A stretch of 64,000 nt of DNA from Candidatus Micrarchaeota archaeon (GTDB taxonomy: Archaea > Micrarchaeota > Micrarchaeia > Norongarragalinales > Norongarragalinaceae), in the NCBI GenBank assembly GCA_016207165.1, contig JACQQD010000003.1, positions 32,001-96,000 of the forward strand, written 5' to 3'. The notes under the pieces were generated by a model. It saw nothing but the letters and a program-made list of their open reading frames with translations, was not told the origin of the DNA and made no database searches. This document shows positions 56,886 through 64,000 of this stretch, one piece after another. The first letter of the stretch is position 1; each line of letters opens with the position of its first letter. The position numbers and the translations under genes were made by a program.

Positions 56886-58955
56886 ATGCGGTTCATGACG
56901 ATCCTCATCATCAGCGAAAAGCCGTCCGCCGCCCGAAAAATCGCTTCGGCTCTTTCCAACGGCAAAGCCAAAACCAAGGGAGCCGGCAAAGTCAAGTACC
57001 ACGAATTTGAACTGGACGGCCAAACCGTGCAAGTCGCCGCCTCGGTGGGCCACGTGTACGGCATCCGCTCTACCCAAAAAGGAAACGACTACCCCGTTTT
57101 CGACATCCAATGGAGTCCAAGCCACGAAATCGAGAAAAACGCTTCGTACACCAAAGACTACCTCAACGTCATGCGGCAATTAGCCAAGACCGCCGACGAA
57201 GTCGTCAACGCGTGCGACTACGATTTTGAAGGCGAACTCATCGGCGCCAAAATCATTGAATTCAACGCCCCAAAAAAGAAGAAAACCCGCATGAAGTTCT
57301 CCACGCTGACGGCCAAGGAACTTCAAAACGCCTTCCAGGCCCGCGGCCCACCCAACACGGGATTGGCGCAAGCCGGCGAAACACGCCACGAACTGGATTG
57401 GCTGTGGGGCATCAACGGATCCAGAGCCTTGATGGCCGCCATCAAGAAAGCCGGCATCTTCCGCATCCTAAGCATCGGACGCGTGCAAGGCCCGGCGCTA
57501 GCCGTGCTGGCGCAACGCGAACGCGAAATTTCAGCCTTCATCTCCAAACCATTCTGGCAATTGTTCGCCCACGTCGAGAAAGCCACGTTCGAGCACGTGC
57601 ACGGAAAATTCTTTGAAGAAAAAAAAGCCGACGAAGCACTGGCCCAATCGGACAAGAACGGAACCGTCACGTCGGTAGAACAACGCAAAGTCAAACAACG
57701 CCCCCCACCCCCATTTGACCTCACCAGCCTCCAACTGGAGGCGTACCGCTGCTTCGGTTTCACGCCCACTCAAACCCTGCAACTCGCCCAAGACTTGTAC
57801 TCGGAAGCCTGGATCAGTTACCCCAGAACCTCGTCCCAAAAACTTCCGGAAACCCTGGGGTTGGACGCCATCATCTTCTCCTTAACCAAACAAGCCGCCT
57901 ACCAGAAAAGCGCGCAAAGCCTCGTGGACGCCAAACGCTTTGCACCCGCCGAAGGCCCAAAAGAGGACCCGGCGCATCCCGCCATCCACCCCACCGGCGA
58001 AGCGCCTTTCAAACTCAACCCCCAACAACAAAAACTCTACGACCTCATCACCAAACGCTTTCTTTCGTGTTTCGCCGAGGAAGCCAAACGCATCAAAATG
58101 CACGTCGTCCTGACGCTGGGCAAAGAAGACTTCCAAGCCGACGGAGCCCACACCGTTCATTCCGGGTGGCATTCCATCTACGCGCCGTACACGAAAATCG
58201 AGGAAACCATCCTGCCGCCATTTAAAGAAGGACAAAAAGTAACGGCCGAAGACCTCGCCAAAGTTCGCAAAGACACGCAACCCCCCAAACGCTTCACCCA
58301 AGCCTCCGTCATCAAGGCCCTGGAATCCAAAGGATTAGGCACCAAAGCCACCCGCGCCCAAATCGTCCAAACCCTGTACAACCGAAACTACGTCTCCGGC
58401 AAAAGCATTGAAGTCACGCCCCTGGGATTGCGCGTCCAAGAAGCCCTGGAACACCACGTACCCGAAATCTTAAGCGAGGAATTCACGCGCCAAATCGAGG
58501 CGGAAATGGAGGCCATCGAAGCCGGAAAAACCGAGAAAGAAAAAGTCGTGGAAGACGGAAAAAAAGAACTCACCAAAATCCTCTCGACGTTCAAAAAGAA
58601 AGAACTCGACGTCGGCAAAGAACTCGTCTCGGCCCTGAAAGCCACGCAGTTCCAAGCCAACGTGTTGGGTGAATGCAAAAAATGCGGCAAGAACCTCGTC
58701 GTCCGAAAATCAAGGTTTGGCTTCTTCGTCGGTTGCCTCGGCTATCCGGCATGCAAGACCGTGTACCCGCTTCCCAAAGAATCCTCGGTGAAAGCCCTCC
58801 GCAAAACCTGCGAAAAATGCGGCACCCCCCAAGTCTCCGTCCACCGCAAAAGCAAGAAAACATTTTCCATGTGCCTGGACCCCCAATGCGAAACCAAAGC
58901 CAACTGGGGAAAACCCAAACCGCCCAGCGCCGCTGAAAAAACTTCCACCGCGTGA
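56886..58955 (+). CDS. topA: Type IA DNA topoisomerase
   Basis: SEKPS, D.D.EGE.IG, SIGRVQ.P.L, ISYPRT, GLGT.ATR, C-terminal Zn ribbons. Confidence 0.96.
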   Translation: MRFMTILIISEKPSAARKIASALSNGKAKTKGAGKVKYHEFELDGQTVQVAASVGHVYGIRSTQKGNDYPVFDIQWSPSHEIEKNASYTKDYLNVMRQLAKTADEVVNACDYDFEGELIGAKIIEFNAPKKKKTRMKFSTLTAKELQNAFQARGPPNTGLAQAGETRHELDWLWGINGSRALMAAIKKAGIFRILSIGRVQGPALAVLAQREREISAFISKPFWQLFAHVEKATFEHVHGKFFEEKKADEALAQSDKNGTVTSVEQRKVKQRPPPPFDLTSLQLEAYRCFGFTPTQTLQLAQDLYSEAWISYPRTSSQKLPETLGLDAIIFSLTKQAAYQKSAQSLVDAKRFAPAEGPKEDPAHPAIHPTGEAPFKLNPQQQKLYDLITKRFLSCFAEEAKRIKMHVVLTLGKEDFQADGAHTVHSGWHSIYAPYTKIEETILPPFKEGQKVTAEDLAKVRKDTQPPKRFTQASVIKALESKGLGTKATRAQIVQTLYNRNYVSGKSIEVTPLGLRVQEALEHHVPEILSEEFTRQIEAEMEAIEAGKTEKEKVVEDGKKELTKILSTFKKKELDVGKELVSALKATQFQANVLGECKKCGKNLVVRKSRFGFFVGCLGYPACKTVYPLPKESSVKALRKTCEKCGTPQVSVHRKSKKTFSMCLDPQCETKANWGKPKPPSAAEKTSTA

Positions 58956-58965
58956 AAAACGTTCC

Positions 58966-59589
58966 ATGGCGTCCCCCGAACTCCTCGCACTCATCGCGTA
59001 CGGCGCCAGCTTGGGATTAACCGGCGCATTGACCCCCGGACCACTGTCCACCGTCATGGTCTCGGAAACCATGGCGCACGGGAAACTTCGCGGCGCGTTA
59101 TTTGCCTTGGCGCCCCTGCTCACCGACCTGCCCGTCTTGCTGGCATTCGTCATCGGATTCACCGTCCTTCAAAACGGCATCATGCTTTGGGCCGCAGGCT
59201 TTTTGGGCGGCGCATACCTCGTCTACCTCGGCGTCCGCCAAATCACGGAAAAACAAAATGCCACAAAAAACCAGGCCGGCAAGAAATCGGCGCTCCGAAA
59301 AGCCTTGACCGTCAACGCCGCGAACCCCAACCTCTACATCTTCATGGGCTCCGTCATGGCCCCCCAAATCGTGCAAGATATCCACGACCCGCTTCTTTCC
59401 GCCGCCTTCTTTGCCTCCTTCCTCCTGTTCCTCGTCGGCGGCAACCTGGGCGTGGTGGTAGCCGTTGACCGCGGCAGAACGTTCTTCGAAAGCCAGAACT
59501 ACCGGTTCATCCTTCAAGCCCTCGGCGTGCTCCTCGTTTTTTTCGGCGGCAGGTTATTGTACGCCGCCCTCCAACAGGTCTTTCCATGA
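58966..59589 (+). CDS. LysE-family exporter
   Basis: G..G..TPGP, GG.YL.YLG, NP. Confidence 0.85.
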   Translation: MASPELLALIAYGASLGLTGALTPGPLSTVMVSETMAHGKLRGALFALAPLLTDLPVLLAFVIGFTVLQNGIMLWAAGFLGGAYLVYLGVRQITEKQNATKNQAGKKSALRKALTVNAANPNLYIFMGSVMAPQIVQDIHDPLLSAAFFASFLLFLVGGNLGVVVAVDRGRTFFESQNYRFILQALGVLLVFFGGRLLYAALQQVFP

Positions 59590-60332
59590 AAATCACGGTG
59601 GACCTGCGCAAAAGCGTGCACGAAAACGCGGCGGCTTATTTTGAAGAAGCCAAGAAATGGGAGAGAAAAGCCGAAGGCGCCAGAAAAGCCATCGCGGCAT
59701 TCGAACAGAAAAACATCCACGCCAAATCCAAGCCAAAACAGGCCTCGTCCAAGAAAACCAAGGCCAAGTGGTTTGACGGTTACCACTACACCACCACGAA
59801 AAACGGCTTTTTGGTCGTAGCCGGAAAAAACGCCAAGCAAAACGACGAACTGTACTCCAAACACCTCAAGGACGGCGACCTATTCTTTCACGCCGACGTC
59901 ATCGGCGCGCCCACCACCCTGGTCAAGTCCGGCGGCAAACCCGTTCCAAAAGAAGACCAAGAACAAGCCGCCCAAATCGCCGCTTCCTACTCCAGAGCCT
60001 GGAAACAGGAATGGAACACCGTGGACGTGTACGCCGTACAACCCAGCCAAGTCACCAAGTACAGCCAAGGTGAATTCGTGGGAAAAGGCGCATTTCTCAT
60101 CTCCGGCAAACGCGAGTGGTTCCGCAACACCGAATTGAAGTTGTACCTGTCGCACGACGAAGAAGGCGTCCACGTGCACGCCGTCCACCACGCCCCAAAA
60201 CCCGAAAACGCCGTTTTGATCCAACCCGGCCGAACGCCAAAAGAACAAGCCGCCAAAACACTCTCCAAGAAATGGGGCGTGCGGGAAGAAGACCTCCTCG
60301 GCGTCCTTCCCGGCGACGTGGCACGCATTTAA
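59586..60332 (+). CDS. NFACT-R (DUF814) domain protein
   Basis: D...SV.ENA..YF, W.....GK.A.QN, FHAD..GAP, G.F.I.G.R. Confidence 0.88.
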   Translation: MKITVDLRKSVHENAAAYFEEAKKWERKAEGARKAIAAFEQKNIHAKSKPKQASSKKTKAKWFDGYHYTTTKNGFLVVAGKNAKQNDELYSKHLKDGDLFFHADVIGAPTTLVKSGGKPVPKEDQEQAAQIAASYSRAWKQEWNTVDVYAVQPSQVTKYSQGEFVGKGAFLISGKREWFRNTELKLYLSHDEEGVHVHAVHHAPKPENAVLIQPGRTPKEQAAKTLSKKWGVREEDLLGVLPGDVARI

Positions 60333-60389
60333 ACCGAAAAAAACCAAGACAAGTCAGTGGCCGAAAACAATGGAGTGAATTTCTGACGC

Positions 60390-61316
60390 ATGGTCCTTGA
60401 ATTTCTGCTCGTCATCTTGGGTTTGGTCCTCTTTGAAACCGTGTCCAGCGTCGACAACGCCGTGATCAACGCCGAAGTTCTTTCCAAAATGTCGGAACGC
60501 GCGCGCCGGTGGTTCCTCATCTGGGGCCTGCTGGCCGCCGTCTTTCTCTTGCGCGGCGTGCTTCCCTGGCTGATTGTCTGGGCCGCCAACCCGTCTCTTG
60601 GACCTGTGGAAGCGCTTTTGTCCACATTGTCCGACGACCCGCACGTCGTTCAGGCCGTGGAAGCCTCGGCACCCGTTCTGCTTGTAGGCGGCGGCGTGTT
60701 TTTGATGTTTTTGTTCCTGCACTGGCTGTTTTTGGAAAAGAAAAACTTCGGATTGTACGGAGAAAAGTTCTTCCAAAAGCAAGGCGTCTGGTTTTACGCC
60801 GTCGTCTCCGTGTTTCTGGCGGCCGTGATTTGGTTCTCGCTTCAAATCAACCCCGTCATGGCGTTTAGCGCCGCCATCGGCTCGACCGTGTTTTTCATCA
60901 CGCACGGCTTCAAGCAGAACGCCGAAGAAAAAGAGCGGGAGCTTTTGGAAGGAAAACACTCCAGCGCCTCGGATTGGAGCAAGATTTTCTACTTGGAGGC
61001 CATCGACGCCTCCTTTAGCATAGACGGCGTGGTTGGAGCATTTGCCTTCACGTTGAGCGTGCCCCTCATCCTGATTGGCAACGGCATCGGCGCGTTCGTG
61101 GTAAGGGAAATGACGATCCGCAACATTGAAACCGTGAAAAAATACGTCTACCTCAAAAACGGCGCCATGTACTCTATCTTCTTCTTGGGCGCCATCATGC
61201 TTCTGGACGCCTTCGGCTACCACATCCCCGCCTGGCTCTCGCCGGTCATCACCTTCTTTACCATCGGCTACTTCTTTTTGAAATCCAAGACGGAACTCAA
61301 GGCCGCCGCGCATTAA
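60390..61316 (+). CDS. DUF475 (TerC-related) membrane protein
   Basis: E...S.DNAV.NA, YLE..DASFS.DGV.GAFA, YL..GA. Confidence 0.9.
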   Translation: MVLEFLLVILGLVLFETVSSVDNAVINAEVLSKMSERARRWFLIWGLLAAVFLLRGVLPWLIVWAANPSLGPVEALLSTLSDDPHVVQAVEASAPVLLVGGGVFLMFLFLHWLFLEKKNFGLYGEKFFQKQGVWFYAVVSVFLAAVIWFSLQINPVMAFSAAIGSTVFFITHGFKQNAEEKERELLEGKHSSASDWSKIFYLEAIDASFSIDGVVGAFAFTLSVPLILIGNGIGAFVVREMTIRNIETVKKYVYLKNGAMYSIFFLGAIMLLDAFGYHIPAWLSPVITFFTIGYFFLKSKTELKAAAH

Positions 61317-61360
61317 ACCCAATTCTTTTTAAGCGGTTCAACCGTTTCTTGAATCCACAC

Positions 61361-61921
61361 ATGAAAACGGTTCTTTTCGCGCTCTTGACTTCCCTGCTGC
61401 TTCTCGGCTGCGTCCAGCAGAACCCAACGGCCACTTCGGCCCCAGTCATCGACACCCAGGACTCCGACGCGGCCATCAACGACGCCAGAGAAACCGGAGA
61501 GGAACTGGACCAAACCGGCGACATCCCTGCTGCCGAAAACGCGGATCCGACCCCCAAAGCAACGACAAGCCTCGGCGGAGGATTTTACGAACCATTCACC
61601 AAGATCCGGTACGAACAAGCCCGAACCGAAGGCAAAACCGTCTTCCTGGAATTCTACGCCAACTGGTGCCCCATCTGCAAACAGCAAGAGCCCCACATCG
61701 AAGCGGCATTCCAGGAAATCACGGACGAATCCGTGATTGGATTCCGCGTCAACTACAACGACGATGACACGGATGACGACGAACGACAACTGGCGCGGCA
61801 ATTCGGAGTTTCCTATCAACACACCCACGTGATCTTGGACTCCCAGGGAAACGTAAAAACAAAGTCGCTTGAACTCTGGGACAAAAACCGCGTCCTCGAA
61901 GAAATCCGAAAGGCGGCGTGA
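61361..61921 (+). CDS. Thioredoxin-like lipoprotein
   Basis: Lipobox LLGC, FYANWCPIC, YQHT. Confidence 0.85.
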   Translation: MKTVLFALLTSLLLLGCVQQNPTATSAPVIDTQDSDAAINDARETGEELDQTGDIPAAENADPTPKATTSLGGGFYEPFTKIRYEQARTEGKTVFLEFYANWCPICKQQEPHIEAAFQEITDESVIGFRVNYNDDDTDDDERQLARQFGVSYQHTHVILDSQGNVKTKSLELWDKNRVLEEIRKAA

Positions 61922-61928
61922 CCTCACC

Positions 61929-62657
61929 ATGGCGGAAGTCACCTTGTTGCTGGCATTCGCGGCGGGCCTCATCTCGTTTCTGAGTCCCTGCGTTCTGCCG
62001 TTGATTCCCGCGTTTTTGACGTATTTGGCCGGCTCTTCCTCCAATGAACTCCAGAAAAACCCAAGCCAAGCCAAAAAAAAGATCTTCTTTTCCAGCGTCT
62101 TTTTCGTCCTCGGGTTCTCCGTCGTATTTTCTTTACTAGGCGTGCTGCTTCAAAGCGTCCTGAGCGGAGTCGCCTTTGACTTGCGCACGTACTTGGGTTA
62201 CCTCGGCGGCGCGTTCATCATCTTCTTCGGATTGACGCTCACGGGCTTGATCCAAATTGACTTCCTCCAAAAAGACCACAAATTCGACGTCCAAAAAACC
62301 AGGCATTCGTACCCCACGTCGTTTTTGTTCGGCGCCGCGTTCGCCGTGGGCTGGACGCCCTGCGTCGGCGCGGTGCTGGGAAGCGTCCTGACTTTGGCCG
62401 CCACGCAACCCCAGACCGCGCTTCCCTTGATGCTAGCCTATTCCCTGGGTTTGGGAATTCCATTTCTAGCCGCCGGCCTGTTTTTGTCGCGCTTGACGGG
62501 TTTCATCCAAAAAATCAGCCCCCACCTGAAAACCCTCAACATCGTCTTCGGCATGCTTCTGATCGTCCTAGGCATCCTGGTGTTCACCAACACGTTGAAC
62601 GTAGTGGCCAACTGGTTTCCCGCCCTGGGACTGGCGGAATCCCTCATGGGAAACTGA
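61929..62657 (+). CDS. ccdA: CcdA/DsbD-type disulfide transporter
   Basis: SFLSPCVLP, GWTPCVG. Confidence 0.92.
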   Translation: MAEVTLLLAFAAGLISFLSPCVLPLIPAFLTYLAGSSSNELQKNPSQAKKKIFFSSVFFVLGFSVVFSLLGVLLQSVLSGVAFDLRTYLGYLGGAFIIFFGLTLTGLIQIDFLQKDHKFDVQKTRHSYPTSFLFGAAFAVGWTPCVGAVLGSVLTLAATQPQTALPLMLAYSLGLGIPFLAAGLFLSRLTGFIQKISPHLKTLNIVFGMLLIVLGILVFTNTLNVVANWFPALGLAESLMGN

Positions 62658-62658
62658 C

Positions 62659-63726
62659 ATGATCAAAACCACGCGCCCGTTGGCCTTGGTCGCCGTCTTG
62701 GTCCTCATCGGAATCAGCCTCTTCGCCATTCAAGCCACGAAGAACACGGCATCCGCCGACATCCAGAACCAAAGCGCGTCCCATGCGTTTTTGGCCGACA
62801 CGGAAAAACAAGGGTTCACGCCCGCACCGGAGTTGAACGACATCAGCGGGTACCTCAACGCCCCAGAAAACTTTACGTTGTCCTCCGTCAAAGGAAAAGT
62901 CATCCTGGTTGACTTCTGGACGTACAGCTGCATCAACTGCATTCGGACGCTTCCATACCTCAAGAACTGGCACGAAAAATACAAGGACCAAGGACTGGCC
63001 GTCGTGGGAGTGCACACCCCCGAATTCCAGTTCGAGAAAGACTTGCAAAACGTGCAGGCCGCCGTCCAACAAAACGGCATTTCGTACCCCGTAGTCCTGG
63101 ACAACGACTACGCCACGTGGCGCGCCTACCAAAACAATTACTGGCCCCACAAGTACCTCATCGACGCGCAAGGCTACATCCGCTACGACCACATCGGGGA
63201 AGGCGGATACGAAGAAACCGAGCGACAAATCCGGAAACTCCTCATGGAACGCGACGAACAACTCCAACTGGAGCCAACCCAAACCGCCAACGCCACGCCC
63301 CTTCCATTAGGGCAAATCGGCACCCCCGAAATCTATTTCGGCTACGACTTCATCCGCCAGCCCTTCGGCAACCTCGCGGAACTCAAAACGGAAGAACCCA
63401 TCGCGTTTACGTTCAACGGCGTCGACCAATTCACTCCAAACCTGGCGTACCTGGAAGGAACCTGGGTCATCCGAAAAGACCACGCCGAACTGGTCTCCGA
63501 CTCCGGACGCGTGGCGTTGGCGTTCAAAGCGAAAACCGCAAACATCGTGGCCGGCTCCAACCCACCCCAACCCGTTACCGCGATGGTCTTTGGCTTGCCG
63601 GAAAAAACCGTGGCCATCCACCGCCAAACCCTGTACCCCGTAGCGGAAACACCGGACTACGAACAAAAAACCCTGGTTCTAACGGCTTCCAAAGGCTTTC
63701 AGTTGTACACGTTCACGTTCGGCTAA
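62659..63726 (+). CDS. DipZ-like redoxin with C-terminal beta domain
   Basis: DFWTYSCINC, GVHTPEF, N.YWP, GEG.Y, TPE.Y.G, YTFTFG. Confidence 0.9.
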   Translation: MIKTTRPLALVAVLVLIGISLFAIQATKNTASADIQNQSASHAFLADTEKQGFTPAPELNDISGYLNAPENFTLSSVKGKVILVDFWTYSCINCIRTLPYLKNWHEKYKDQGLAVVGVHTPEFQFEKDLQNVQAAVQQNGISYPVVLDNDYATWRAYQNNYWPHKYLIDAQGYIRYDHIGEGGYEETERQIRKLLMERDEQLQLEPTQTANATPLPLGQIGTPEIYFGYDFIRQPFGNLAELKTEEPIAFTFNGVDQFTPNLAYLEGTWVIRKDHAELVSDSGRVALAFKAKTANIVAGSNPPQPVTAMVFGLPEKTVAIHRQTLYPVAETPDYEQKTLVLTASKGFQLYTFTFG

Positions 63727-64000
63727 CCGAACTTCTCGTCCAATTTCTCGCCCAAATACTTGTACGTCGCCGACTTGATGGCCTTCAAACTCAACAAAGC
63801 ACACTTGGTTCTGGCAGGACTGACTGGCACGCCCAACAACTTGAACACGTCATCCCGTGAAACCTTCTTGACGTCGTCCAACGACATGCCCTTGACATGG
63901 TCCGTCAACAACGACGTGGCGGCCGTGGAAATGGCGCACCCAATGCCGTCAAACTTAACGTCCTGGATTTTATTGTTTGAAATTTTCAAGAAAACCTCGA
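63723..64000 (-). CDS. iscU: IscU/NifU Fe-S scaffold (5' truncated by window)
   Basis: F.G.GCAIS.A.TS, R.KCALL. Confidence 0.88.
   Translation of the reverse strand, partial: EVFLKISNNKIQDVKFDGIGCAISTAATSLLTDHVKGMSLDDVKKVSRDDVFKLLGVPVSPARTKCALLSLKAIKSATYKYLGEKLDEKFG

Noticed and set aside
60390-64000. Thioredoxin-CcdA-DipZ-like block as a novel system or mobile island
   Set aside because: Common extracytoplasmic redox module; no integrase, transposase or att repeats visible

Overview
64-kb chromosomal segment of an archaeon, most likely a DPANN lineage such as Micrarchaeota. This is inferred from gene content and compaction: archaeal histone, Hjc, RFC, Rpo4, P0/P1 stalk, CDC48, AMP phosphorylase, ADP-dependent sugar kinase, class III pilins. 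It is mostly housekeeping: translation (L1, P0, P1, L11, L21e, AlaRS, AsnRS, CysRS, Trm5, KsgA, Pth2, stand-alone 5S rRNA), replication/repair (ScpB, split Hef helicase + XPF, Nth, Nfo, DnaG, RFC-L/S, Hjc, TopA) and envelope/redox genes. About a dozen single orphan ORFs are interspersed. Most notable: (i) a SerK-like kinase-CBS/cysteine synthase-cystathionine lyase-cysS operon preceded by a structured ~145-nt leader containing a Cys-codon uORF (candidate archaeal attenuator/riboswitch); (ii) a stand-alone single-repeat (half) TBP; (iii) a 43-bp exact duplication enclosing a GC hairpin; (iv) decay relics (internally deleted MtaB, dead toxin of a TA pair); (v) a pilin cluster, a beta-propeller-GH114 lipoprotein and a paralogous pair of unusual GT-A-like proteins. 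No CRISPR array, tRNA, integrase or transposase was recognised. All assignments come from motif recognition by eye; no searches were run.
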